Below are positions 48,620 to 58,468 of a stretch of 64,000 bases of DNA, one piece after another; the stretch's first letter is position 1, and each line of letters opens with the position of its first letter. The DNA is taken from positions 22,583 to 86,582 of the forward strand of contig CAMWKB010000001.1 in NCBI GenBank assembly GCA_947174705.1, read 5' to 3'. Below the pieces are notes generated by a model. It saw only the letters and a program-made list of their open reading frames with translations, searched no databases and was not told the DNA's origin. Source of the DNA: an uncultured Lachnospiraceae bacterium. GTDB taxonomy: Bacteria > Bacillota > Clostridia > Lachnospirales > Lachnospiraceae. The position numbers and the translations under genes were made by a program.

Positions 48620-50437
48620 TCAGAACTTTTCCTCCTCCAACACCAATGCGGCAAAAAGAGGCAGTCCAAACCAGAAAATCAGAACATACCTGGGCAGATA
48701 AGTCGGACCAAGGATTACTGTCAGCCAAAGAAGCAATACCAGCAGATGTGGCATCATAATATTATACTTTTTGCGGTAAAGTTCATAACAAAAAACAAAT
48801 ATAAAGCACCAGAATAAGCAGCCCGGTGAATACAGCATAGACAGAATAGGTATTTTTTCCTGTTCAATCTCCAATGAGAGCCTGCGGTAAGCTTCGTCTA
48901 ACCAGGGAATTTTACTGTCCCTTACACCGGGCAGTTCCACCTCGTATCCGAAATACGAGCTGTCCTTATAGGTAAAAGTAAAGACAGTATTACCGGAATA
49001 CACATCAATAACCGTATCCGGATACCAGAAACCATATGAATTCATCAGCCATGCATTTATATAAGACAGCGGCTTTCTTAAACCGATTTTAAGCCAGAGC
49101 ATTAAAAATCTTGAACGGTCTTTTATATATGCGTCATTATTAAAATGACACTTTACCGGATCGGATAATTTGGGATTATAAAGCACCAGCGCATCCTCGG
49201 GAAGCATATCATGCAGGACTTCTATATCCTCCGGCTCAAATACTTCTTTGTTAAATTTATATGTTCTTGCAAGCTGCTGTATAGGCACTGTAAGAATTTC
49301 CTGATTTTCCACAGTTTTTGCATTAAATATAAGCGTCAGGGAAGTATTTATCAGGAAGTAAGAAAACAACGTTATTATCAAAATTACGCACATTTTTTTC
49401 AAATATTTTTTATAATAAATGAGCAGCGCCGGCACCAGTACAATAAAAGCATAAATACCGTTCTTACGAAACAGCATCATTGTAACCGCACTGAGAATAA
49501 AAAAAACCATCCTCGGCTTGGAATTAAAAAACGCTTCCCCCGAAATTCCCATTTCCAGCATACTTATCAACAAAAGCAAAAGCGCCGCGGTAAAAATCGC
49601 ATCCTTTGCCGAACACAGCGTAAACATCACAATTACAGGGAAAAATGCAAAATAAATCACCGAAATAAAACGCAGCAGTTTGGAAATCTTCTTTTTTCTG
49701 AGATATGAAATAAGAAAAGTAAAAACGCCTGATACAATAATCATCTGTACCAACATATAAACAGCAATTCCAAGATTATAAGAATCCGTCACCTTATGCA
49801 CCGCACAGATAATTCCCCCAAGCATCAGTACATGCACAAGCGGATGATGTGTGTTAAAAGCTCTGGACGCCACCTGTAAATACTCGTCCTGCGCGTCATA
49901 TACAAAAAATCCCGGATACACGGCAAGCAACACAGGCAGCCAGCATATAAGTAAAAATACAAATATAAAAATATTTTCATTTATAAAAGCCGGTGCAGAA
50001 ATGTCCGGCACCTTAATACTTTTTATAAGCTGCTGCTTACGCGTTTCCATCTTTCCGAGAAAATTCCAGAATTTGCGCACCATAATTGTAAAAAGACAGG
50101 TCAACACCGGCAGGGATATCCAGAATCGCCAATCTTTAAAATTCACATTTCCCTCAGCCTCTAACCTTGCGCCAAAAAGCATAGCCGTTGTAAACAAAAA
50201 CGACAAAATCCCCGCAATCTTCCATCCTCTTACATCCTGAAGATCTATGGTATGCAGCGACAGATTTACCGCATATAAACATAACAGCCAGACAAATACT
50301 GAGAATATGCTGTTAGTGAAAACTAACCCATTTCCCTTCAAATTAAGAATTTGGGGAAAGCATAATGTTCCCATGGTTGCAATAATGAAGCTGATAACAT
50401 TTAATTGAATCCTTATTTTTAATTCATTCCCGTTCAT
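48620..50437 (-). CDS. DUF6020-like multi-pass membrane protein (putative GT-C)
   Basis: YPG..YD, HHPLVH, KDAIF, FRKNG, PIQQLAR, PRY. Confidence 0.65.
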   Translation of the reverse strand: MNGNELKIRIQLNVISFIIATMGTLCFPQILNLKGNGLVFTNSIFSVFVWLLCLYAVNLSLHTIDLQDVRGWKIAGILSFLFTTAMLFGARLEAEGNVNFKDWRFWISLPVLTCLFTIMVRKFWNFLGKMETRKQQLIKSIKVPDISAPAFINENIFIFVFLLICWLPVLLAVYPGFFVYDAQDEYLQVASRAFNTHHPLVHVLMLGGIICAVHKVTDSYNLGIAVYMLVQMIIVSGVFTFLISYLRKKKISKLLRFISVIYFAFFPVIVMFTLCSAKDAIFTAALLLLLISMLEMGISGEAFFNSKPRMVFFILSAVTMMLFRKNGIYAFIVLVPALLIYYKKYLKKMCVILIITLFSYFLINTSLTLIFNAKTVENQEILTVPIQQLARTYKFNKEVFEPEDIEVLHDMLPEDALVLYNPKLSDPVKCHFNNDAYIKDRSRFLMLWLKIGLRKPLSYINAWLMNSYGFWYPDTVIDVYSGNTVFTFTYKDSSYFGYEVELPGVRDSKIPWLDEAYRRLSLEIEQEKIPILSMLYSPGCLFWCFIFVFCYELYRKKYNIMMPHLLVLLLWLTVILGPTYLPRYVLIFWFGLPLFAALVLEEEKF

Positions 50438-51359
50438 TAATACACTCTCTGATCACATACTGCGGCGAATTGTTTAAAGAAATGTATATTCTTCCTATAT
50501 ACTCTCCGATAATACCAAGCATCAGCATTACCATACCGCCTATAAATACTATTGCAGACATAAGTGAGCTGAATCCGATTATTATATTCGGATCAACCAG
50601 TTTACGGATTACCGTATATATTCCAAACAAAATACCCGCAATCGCCACAAAGGCGCCTATTGCAGTAGCCATTCTCAGCGGCTTAATACTAAACGCCGTA
50701 AATCCATTGAACCAGAGCGTAAGGAGCTTGCCCAGTGTATATCCGGAAGTTCCGATTTCGCGCTCCCTGTGATTCACGTCAACATTCGTTATTTTTCCCG
50801 TAGTACGAAGCACCAGGCCTATAACATAGGGATACGGATTAACATACTTAATCATTTCATCAATAATAAAACGTTTAGCCGCAAAGTAACTGGATATATA
50901 TAAATCTTTCGGTTTGTTTAACATAACACGTGTCATTAATTCATTAACTTTACTTCCGAAATTTCTAAAAGCAGAATGCTGTTTATGTTCATACTTAGCA
51001 TAGACAACATCATAACCCTCTTTCATCTTGTCTAGCAGTTTCCCGACCTCTCCTGCCGGCGTCTGTCCATCGTCGTCCAGACAAACGACAATATCTCCAT
51101 GCACATAATGAAAGCCCGCCATTAATGCGGCATGCTGTCCGAAATTCTTAGCCAGATTTACGCCGCAGACATCTTTCCTCCCAGAACATATACGGCGGAT
51201 CACATCAAAAGTATCATCCGGAGAACAGTCATTTACCAAAACTATCTCATATTTATAGTCCGTAAGTTTCTCCATTGTATGAGTTACTTCTTCAACTACC
51301 CCTTCAATCGTACGGGATGAATTATAACAAGGTATTACAAAACTGACCATTTGACTCAT
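50424..51359 (-). CDS. GtrB/ArnC-like undecaprenyl-phosphate glycosyltransferase (GT2)
   Basis: VNDCSPD, NFGQHAALMAG, LDDDGQTP, two C-terminal TMs, GEYIGRIY. Confidence 0.9.
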   Translation of the reverse strand: MSQMVSFVIPCYNSSRTIEGVVEEVTHTMEKLTDYKYEIVLVNDCSPDDTFDVIRRICSGRKDVCGVNLAKNFGQHAALMAGFHYVHGDIVVCLDDDGQTPAGEVGKLLDKMKEGYDVVYAKYEHKQHSAFRNFGSKVNELMTRVMLNKPKDLYISSYFAAKRFIIDEMIKYVNPYPYVIGLVLRTTGKITNVDVNHREREIGTSGYTLGKLLTLWFNGFTAFSIKPLRMATAIGAFVAIAGILFGIYTVIRKLVDPNIIIGFSSLMSAIVFIGGMVMLMLGIIGEYIGRIYISLNNSPQYVIRECINERE

Positions 51360-51397
51360 ATAGTATAATCCTCCTTAAATATACTCTTCCCGACGAT

Positions 51398-51916
51398 TTA
51401 TGCTTTATTACTAGAAATATCCATAAAAACCATGCTTCTTGCAACTCCATTTATAACCGGTTCTTCCCGCTTTCCCTCTATCAGACTAAAGCCTGCCTTC
51501 TCATAGCTTCTGCGTGCCGCCATATTGTCCTCAAATACCCGCAGGAATATATAATTAAGCTTAAGTTCTTCAAATGCATGGGAAAGCGCCAGTTTAGCCG
51601 CAAGGGTTCCGTATCCCTTCCCCACAGCATCATCTTCGCCTATAAAAATACCATATTCCGCACAACCTTTACGTCTGTCAATATCCCTGAAATATACACT
51701 GCCTACAGCCCTGTCAGAACTCTTTTCACAAATAATAAACTGTACAACAAGGCCCGTTTCTACTTGTGTCTCTATCCAGTTAAGATGCCCCTCTATTGTA
51801 AAAGGCTCCTGATATACAAAATTACGGCACACCCTGTCCTTGTTGCGCCATTCTACTATTTTGTCCGTATCGGAAACTTCCATCTTTCGCAGATATATTT
51901 CATCCAAGCCCTGCAA
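51398..51916 (-). CDS. GNAT N-acetyltransferase (PseH/RimL-like), probable amino-sugar acetyltransferase
   Basis: WRN, H..W, EYGIFIGE..GKGYG, N..A...YEKAGF. Confidence 0.85.
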   Translation of the reverse strand: MQGLDEIYLRKMEVSDTDKIVEWRNKDRVCRNFVYQEPFTIEGHLNWIETQVETGLVVQFIICEKSSDRAVGSVYFRDIDRRKGCAEYGIFIGEDDAVGKGYGTLAAKLALSHAFEELKLNYIFLRVFEDNMAARRSYEKAGFSLIEGKREEPVINGVARSMVFMDISSNKA

Positions 51917-51920
51917 CCGT

Positions 51921-53747
51921 CTATTCCTCCACTACCTGAAATACCGCAAACCTGTTATCAATCACATCAATTTGTTTAAGCGCTGCGCTAAAGCCCTTAT
52001 CCTGATAGTATTCCACCATCCACTCCGGCCCGCTATACGCGCCGCTTTCCATATCAGGTATTTCTATTATAAAATAAACTCCCTCATCTTTCAGAAGTGC
52101 ATCCTGTGTATTCCCAAGTCCAAACTGCCTGAGTTTCTTTCCATAAAGCGGGGTCTTACACATCCATCCGCCCATTATATCATAATTCGTAAGGGAATTG
52201 TCCACATTTTTAAATATCTTCTGCGAAAAACTCACTGTGGAATAAACGTCTTCAAAATAAAAGTTCTCCGGATGAGAACGGCAATACTGTGAAATTGCAT
52301 ATGCACCGCGGTTGGCCGTTTCGCGTTTATTGGCGTCTGCCTGAGTAGCCGTAATATTTTGGGGCATATTTGAGATACATATTAATACGATTAGCAGCCA
52401 TGTTATTGACGGTATTGCGCTTATTCCTATACCTGATTTAAAAGAGTAAACTATACTATTCTCTTTACCATGAACATTCCTCAGAAAATGCCGCATACAG
52501 AACATCCCCATCAGCACCATGCTCTCAGCAAGATACAGCGAGTGCGTTATCCGCTCCGGATCCCTGTCCTTTATTAAAATATACATCCAACACACAGTTC
52601 TGACCATTCCAAGCAGGACAAGCTCCCACAAAAAGTTCCAGTTCTTTTTATCTTTGCCACTTTTAAGCGCAGACCACATACCTGAAACAAAAACACAGGC
52701 ATAACCCGCAATGACCAAAAAATTATAAGGGAAGTCACCGCCATGCAAAGTACGGTAAATATACTTACTTATTCTGTCAAATACACGCTTGGTAAGAGGC
52801 AAATCATCTATCGTATCACTTGCAGCATACTTTGCAATTTCAGCCATCAACTCTGAATCAATATCCTCATCCAGACCGAAATTATAGTTTGCAAGCAACT
52901 CCTGCTGCGAATCACTAAGTCCTATTGAAGCAAGGTATTCAGCATGCTCTCCGCTTGTCAATATGTCATAGTGGAAATCATAAACCTCTGTCCTGTTATT
53001 AAAAAAATCAACTGCTGCCTTCCAGTCTCCACTGCTATACGCCGCAAAATCAATCATCCTGCTTACAAACATTCCTACAAGTATGCAGACTATTACAATC
53101 CCATATTTAATATAATTTTCTTTTTCAAAAAATTTCTCTTCTTCCGCCCATTTATACAAACCGGCAAGACCGATAAACGGAAAAACAAGCAGCAGCATTT
53201 CACTTCTAAGCTGGTATGCCAAAATCGCAAGCAAAATCGACGGAATATTGTATATTATAAACTGTTTTGGCGGCAAGCCCTTTTTTGTTGTCATAAAAAG
53301 AAAGATTGCTGCCGAAGCCAACATTGTACAGGTTATTGTATACTGCAGGGCAATCATATGAGGCAGTAAAACTCCCCATATAAATAATGTCAAAAGCAGC
53401 ATACAGGCCAGCTTCGCCTGCCACTTTTTTAACAAACCAAGCAGACGGCAACCTATTAAAAATAAACTTCCTATCTGGCACAACCACAAAAACATGCCAT
53501 ACCAGGGCAAGTTTCTGAACAATCTATATAAAAGGCTTATAAACGCCCCCAGGGGATACAATGTCTGCATATTATGACCGTCTGGTGTTCCCGCATAAAC
53601 TCCCGCCATAACATCCTTCATCATGACATCGTCATTCAAATCATAATAATAATCAAAACAGAGAGACATAGCAATTATATTGACCACAACAGTCAATATA
53701 ATTATTACACAGTTTCCATATTTGTTCCAATATTTATCAAGCTTCAT
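51921..53747 (-). CDS. Multi-pass membrane protein, putative GT-C
   Basis: LNDDVMM acidic motif after TM1, LQYT, LRSE; many TMs. Start at ATG 53747. Confidence 0.6.
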   Translation of the reverse strand: MKLDKYWNKYGNCVIIILTVVVNIIAMSLCFDYYYDLNDDVMMKDVMAGVYAGTPDGHNMQTLYPLGAFISLLYRLFRNLPWYGMFLWLCQIGSLFLIGCRLLGLLKKWQAKLACMLLLTLFIWGVLLPHMIALQYTITCTMLASAAIFLFMTTKKGLPPKQFIIYNIPSILLAILAYQLRSEMLLLVFPFIGLAGLYKWAEEEKFFEKENYIKYGIVIVCILVGMFVSRMIDFAAYSSGDWKAAVDFFNNRTEVYDFHYDILTSGEHAEYLASIGLSDSQQELLANYNFGLDEDIDSELMAEIAKYAASDTIDDLPLTKRVFDRISKYIYRTLHGGDFPYNFLVIAGYACVFVSGMWSALKSGKDKKNWNFLWELVLLGMVRTVCWMYILIKDRDPERITHSLYLAESMVLMGMFCMRHFLRNVHGKENSIVYSFKSGIGISAIPSITWLLIVLICISNMPQNITATQADANKRETANRGAYAISQYCRSHPENFYFEDVYSTVSFSQKIFKNVDNSLTNYDIMGGWMCKTPLYGKKLRQFGLGNTQDALLKDEGVYFIIEIPDMESGAYSGPEWMVEYYQDKGFSAALKQIDVIDNRFAVFQVVEE

Positions 53748-54873
53748 ACTTGTAGAATTCCTTAATCTGCTCTGTAATATATTCCACCTCATCTGCGGTC
53801 AGCTTATAAAACATCGGCAGACGAAGAATTCTCTCACTCTCTTTGGTCGTATACTTATCTTCTCCATGAAATCTTCCGTATTTTATACCGGCAGGCGCCG
53901 AGTGTAACGGAATATAATGGAAAACGGAAAGAATCTCTTTTTTCTTCAAATATTCAATCAGACGGCTGCGCTCGTCCATATCCTTGGTCTTAATATAAAA
54001 CATATGCGCATTATGCGTACAATGCTCCGGAATAAAAGGCAGCTCTATTTTTCCTTCTTTTTCAAGCGGCGTAAGCAATTCCTTATACTGCTCCCATCTT
54101 GCCAGTCTGGCCTGTGTAATCTCCTGTGCCAGCTCAAGCTGTGCGTATAAGTATGCCGCATTCAAATCACTTGGAAGATAAGAGGAACCGTAGTTCTGCC
54201 AGCGGTACTTGTCCACCTGACCTCTGTAATATTTGCTCCTGTCAGTTCCTTTTTCCCTGAGAATCTCTGCTGCCTCAATGTTTTCTTTATCACGGATAAG
54301 GAGCGCACCGCCCTCGCCCATGCTGAAATTCTTTGTCTCATGGAAACTAAAACAGCCAAACTCTCCGAATGTTCCAAGCGCCTTCCCCTTATATGAAGCC
54401 ATAATTCCTTGTGCCGCGTCCTCTATAACCGCCAGATTATGCCGTTTCGCAATATCCATAATCTCATCCATCTCGCAGCCGACACCCGCATAATGAACCG
54501 GCGCTATTGCCCTTGTCCGCTCAGTAATCGCATCCTCAATCAACTTCTCATCTATATTCATTGTATCAGGCCTTATGTCCACAAAAACCGCCTTTGCCCC
54601 GCGCAACACAAACGCATTAGCCGTAGAAACAAACGTATACGAGGGCAGAATAACCTCATCCCCCTCCTTAATATCCGCCAAAAAAGCAGCCATCTCAGTT
54701 GCATGGGTACAAGAAGTTGTAAGAAGACATTTCGCAGTTCCGGTTTCTTCTTCTATCCATTCATTGCATTTCTTAGTAAAAGGACCGTCACCGCATATCT
54801 TCTGGTTTTCAATTGCTTCCTTCATATATTCAACTTCCTTCCCCGTATAGGGAGGAACATTAAAATTTATCAT
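53737..54873 (-). CDS. wecE: dTDP-4-amino-4,6-dideoxygalactose transaminase
   Basis: GDGPFTKKC, LTTSCT.A.EMAA, PSYTFVSTANAF, SFHETKN...GEGG, REKGTDRS...GQVDKY.W, VFHYIPLH. Start at ATG 54873. Confidence 0.92.
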   Translation of the reverse strand: MINFNVPPYTGKEVEYMKEAIENQKICGDGPFTKKCNEWIEEETGTAKCLLTTSCTHATEMAAFLADIKEGDEVILPSYTFVSTANAFVLRGAKAVFVDIRPDTMNIDEKLIEDAITERTRAIAPVHYAGVGCEMDEIMDIAKRHNLAVIEDAAQGIMASYKGKALGTFGEFGCFSFHETKNFSMGEGGALLIRDKENIEAAEILREKGTDRSKYYRGQVDKYRWQNYGSSYLPSDLNAAYLYAQLELAQEITQARLARWEQYKELLTPLEKEGKIELPFIPEHCTHNAHMFYIKTKDMDERSRLIEYLKKKEILSVFHYIPLHSAPAGIKYGRFHGEDKYTTKESERILRLPMFYKLTADEVEYITEQIKEFYKYEA

Positions 54874-54901
54874 TGTTTTGTTTCCTTTCTGCATATATTC
54901 C

Positions 54902-54930
54902 ATTTTATCATAGTACATTTCATTCGTAAA
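54902..54930 (-). promoter_or_regulatory. Sigma-A promoter TTTACG-17-TAAAAT (TGn extended) for the wecE block
   Basis: 17-bp spacer; overlaps the 3' end of the upstream gene. Confidence 0.55.
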
Positions 54931-56719
54931 TTGCATATTTCATATTGCAGAAGGTTTCTTTATAGCCATAATCGTCGAGAAACTGCAATAAAACTGACAG
55001 TTTTTCGTCAGCCCGGTAAGCTTCTTCATCTACGCCAAACCATTTATACGCCTGAGCATCCTCGCTCTTGTATGCAGAGATAGGCGCGGCAACTATAACC
55101 TTGGGCCTGCTTTCTGCCATATTATTTTTTACCGCTTCCATATCCTGTACAAACTGTCCTAAAGCGTATGAATCCAAATCCGGCCATGAAGTGGAAATTG
55201 CCGTAGGCATGTCAAAAAGATAGCTTAAGCCGGGAAGCTCTCCATACAAAATTACTTCCTGCCCCGAGAAGTCATTTTCTTCTGCATATTTGACCAGCTC
55301 AGTCAACAATTCTGCATTGTCCCTGGTCGTATATATTCCTCTGCATTTGGGGATTTCAGTCGCGAGCGTATCTCTTTTTTCACCCCATACGCCGTCATTA
55401 AATGCAAATTTAAAATGAAATCCTATACTTTGTATTAAAACCATAACAATCAGTGATACAAGCATGGTTTTCCAAGGAAAATGACAGCTTCTACTGCCGC
55501 TTTTTACCAGCCATCCGCCGCATAACCACAGCGTAAAAGGCGCTGCGATAAACAAATTATTAATTATCGGAAACAGCCAATTATTGCTGCCAAGTGGTGT
55601 AACAAATATTTGAATAATTATAAGCAGGGCAAGCGCCTTATCCTCTGCATTATACTTCTTTGAAACAAGTAAATAAACGGCACAGCCCAGCGCTACAATC
55701 AGGAAAAAAACTGCCCAATGATATATGGAACGATAATCGTGACAGAGATAGTCGAAAGTGAACATTCCCTTTCCCCAGTAAAAGCGAATAAGGATGCAGC
55801 AAGTTGCTATACAAAGCAGTCCAAACAATGTTTCACCTTTCCCAGGCGCAGCCTTTTTCCCCAAAAAATATACTGCATATAAAAAGACAAGACAGATGCC
55901 CGCGAAAATGAGCCAGTACAACCCTTTTAAATAATCTCCAAACATTCCGGTCAGCATCGAAACAGGTTTGTAATCCACCGCTTTATCTGTCATGGCAAAC
56001 ATGCTTTGTACCATCTTAGGATATGCGTCTATTCCGTATTTAACGCATATTGCAACAAACGGCACTCCAAATCCGATAAGATACCCAGCAATACATATAA
56101 AAGTGTCCTTTATACACTTATTTACTTTCTCTTTTTTAAGCCATTCTGCATACCACAACGCCAGAATAAAAGCCGCCTGTACCACATTAGGCATCCTCAC
56201 TGTTACATTTGCCCCCAGGCAAATACCCGCAAGCAGCAGATAACGCACATATTTCTGCTTGTCAGTACATATTCCCTTATACAAAAGCAATATTCCCACA
56301 TCCATAAGCAGATACGTCAGATAATTATACAGTATCGTCGTCGGACACCAGCATAAACCGAGCGCTATTATCTCTCCCACAAATACTATCGCCGCAGGAA
56401 TCTTTTTGCGCAGCTCAAAATAGAAAATCAATGCAGTGGCAGATAATATCATACCGGTGTAAAAATACATGCCAATCAGCGTATCTCCCTTTGGAAACTG
56501 CATAAAAAGATAACCCAGCACATTAGCCAGATATGTAGCTACCATCCAAGTTCCGTCAGCAGTCGGAAAATACTGAAAATTGGTAAGACTGTACGCAGTA
56601 TCCGCCACATCTAAGCCCTGATTAATTTTTATCAAAGGATAAAAGGCCAATATTATTATAAATATGCCGTTTTCCATATGGCCTTGAAATCTATTATATA
56701 AATTCTTTATATTGTTCAT
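54920..56719 (-). CDS. Multi-pass membrane protein, putative GT-C
   Basis: QGLDVADTAY after TM1, LYNY, R.PN, PLGSNN; about 12 TMs plus a C-terminal soluble domain. Confidence 0.6.
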   Translation of the reverse strand: MNNIKNLYNRFQGHMENGIFIIILAFYPLIKINQGLDVADTAYSLTNFQYFPTADGTWMVATYLANVLGYLFMQFPKGDTLIGMYFYTGMILSATALIFYFELRKKIPAAIVFVGEIIALGLCWCPTTILYNYLTYLLMDVGILLLYKGICTDKQKYVRYLLLAGICLGANVTVRMPNVVQAAFILALWYAEWLKKEKVNKCIKDTFICIAGYLIGFGVPFVAICVKYGIDAYPKMVQSMFAMTDKAVDYKPVSMLTGMFGDYLKGLYWLIFAGICLVFLYAVYFLGKKAAPGKGETLFGLLCIATCCILIRFYWGKGMFTFDYLCHDYRSIYHWAVFFLIVALGCAVYLLVSKKYNAEDKALALLIIIQIFVTPLGSNNWLFPIINNLFIAAPFTLWLCGGWLVKSGSRSCHFPWKTMLVSLIVMVLIQSIGFHFKFAFNDGVWGEKRDTLATEIPKCRGIYTTRDNAELLTELVKYAEENDFSGQEVILYGELPGLSYLFDMPTAISTSWPDLDSYALGQFVQDMEAVKNNMAESRPKVIVAAPISAYKSEDAQAYKWFGVDEEAYRADEKLSVLLQFLDDYGYKETFCNMKYAIYE

Positions 56720-57101
56720 AATGGTTTTGATTCCTCTTAATTTTATTATATATAGTTTAGCATTTAATTTTTAAATTTTAAATATGGACTTTCAATTTTA
56801 GACATGATACAATATTCGATACATAAGTTTTATGAGATAAAATCTAAAACAGGAGGTGAAATCTATACTAATATTTTCATAATTTCTCAGTTAACTTATC
56901 CCTTAATTCTAAATCAGATATCATAAATTTCAAAAAATTCTTTAACTTTCACTGGTAATCTTATATTAATATTCACCCAAAGCAATATACGATATTTCGT
57001 TAATTAATATTTTAAAATTTGTGTAGCTTTTTTATTCTGAGCGTGATAAAATGTATCACACAAGAATCGGGGACAGACCAAACATGCAAGGAGGTGAATC
57101 T

Positions 57102-57479
57102 ATGACCAATTCCGAATTATTAGCGGCTATTTCTGAAATGTTTGATGCAAAACTGGAGGCCAGGCTTGAACCTATAGAAAACAGGCTTGAATCATTAGAG
57201 AACAGGCTCGAAGTCTTAGAAAACAAAGTCGGAATCTTAGAAACCAAATCCGACTCTACAGAACGCAGCATTGCATCCATAAATAACACAATCTTCAAAA
57301 TGCAACAGCTCTTAGAGAATCAAATTCTACCGCGCCTACAAACTATTGAATCGTGCTATCTTGATACATATAAACGATATAGCGCAAGCGCAGACAAGAT
57401 ACAGACAACAATTGATGACGTGGATATTCTCAAGAAAGTAGTTCACAGACATAGTGAGCTATTACAAATGACTTCGTAA
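57102..57479 (+). CDS. Small coiled-coil hypothetical protein
   Basis: Strong AGGAGGTG RBS before ATG 57102; heptads IENRLES-LENRLEV-LENKVGI-LETKSDS; upstream TGATAAAAT; downstream terminator. Confidence 0.8.
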   Translation: MTNSELLAAISEMFDAKLEARLEPIENRLESLENRLEVLENKVGILETKSDSTERSIASINNTIFKMQQLLENQILPRLQTIESCYLDTYKRYSASADKIQTTIDDVDILKKVVHRHSELLQMTS

Positions 57480-57490
57480 ACTAATTATAC

Positions 57491-57540
57491 AAAAGAGGGC
57501 TTTCCTCTGGTTGTATGACCTTTGGAACGCCCTCTTTTTA
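57491..57540. terminator. Bidirectional intrinsic terminator
   Basis: AAAAGAGGGC...GCCCTCTTTTT between convergent genes. Confidence 0.82.
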
Positions 57541-57568
57541 TTAACTATGTAATGCAGCAGCTTAAATC

Positions 57569-58468
57569 CTACCCATCCAGCCCAACCGAGCACGAAATAT
57601 AGTATTTAAACCCTTCTCTGCTGCAGTAAGCCGCTATCTCTTTAGCCAGCTCAGAATCAGTTGTATACTCCAGCATATAAACATCAAATCCCGCCTTCTT
57701 TGCCATATCAAGATATCTTGTAAAATATTCCGTTTCGTCCTTATCCTGTTTGGCAAAAACATCATTGTCATAATCCTTTATACTGCTGAAAACGCCCTCT
57801 TGATTTACCCCGTCGATAAGCCCGGACTTTCCATCTAAAATAAGCTTTGACACAAAATCATTCCCGCCGTTGATTATTATATCAACATCGTATTTATTGA
57901 GCCATTCCATAATATTTACAAGTCCGTCGTAAATTTCAGCCGTCTGATACTGATAATAAACATCACAGTTATCTATAAAAAATCCGTCAACGCCTTTTTC
58001 GTAAAGTTCTCCTGCAAGCGTTTCCGAAATATAATCCTGCCATCTTTTATCTGAAACATCAATCCAGTATTCGTCCGGCCAGTTTTCGTATTCTCCAAGT
58101 ATATCATTTTCAAAATCTGTATAGTACGGACGAAACGTTTCAAGAGAGCCGATATTTAAATAACTGTATATCCTTCTGCCGCCCACTTTGAAACCGCTTA
58201 TTTCATCCGCTGAAAATTCCTGACCCTCGATTACAGCTATTTCATAATTGCCGCTATCATCAAGAATTGTATTTAGTGTCTCTTTATCCGCTCCTATAAA
58301 CACGCCATAATCCGAGTTTTCCATCTTATATTCATTTGTAACTGCACAGCCTGCAAGCGACACACAGGTAAGTATAACCAATATTAGAATAGGTTTATAT
58401 TCCGTTACTTTATTTCTATAATAAGAACATAAGCAACTCAAACTAACAACCGCACAATTACCTGTCAT
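57569..58468 (-). CDS. GH114/PelA-like endo-alpha-1,4-polygalactosaminidase, probable lipoprotein
   Basis: LAGC lipobox, YSYLNIGSLE.FR, WPDEYWID, GVDGFFIDNCD, QEGV, LEY. Start uncertain (58468 chosen). Confidence 0.75.
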   Translation of the reverse strand: MTGNCAVVSLSCLCSYYRNKVTEYKPILILVILTCVSLAGCAVTNEYKMENSDYGVFIGADKETLNTILDDSGNYEIAVIEGQEFSADEISGFKVGGRRIYSYLNIGSLETFRPYYTDFENDILGEYENWPDEYWIDVSDKRWQDYISETLAGELYEKGVDGFFIDNCDVYYQYQTAEIYDGLVNIMEWLNKYDVDIIINGGNDFVSKLILDGKSGLIDGVNQEGVFSSIKDYDNDVFAKQDKDETEYFTRYLDMAKKAGFDVYMLEYTTDSELAKEIAAYCSREGFKYYISCSVGLDG

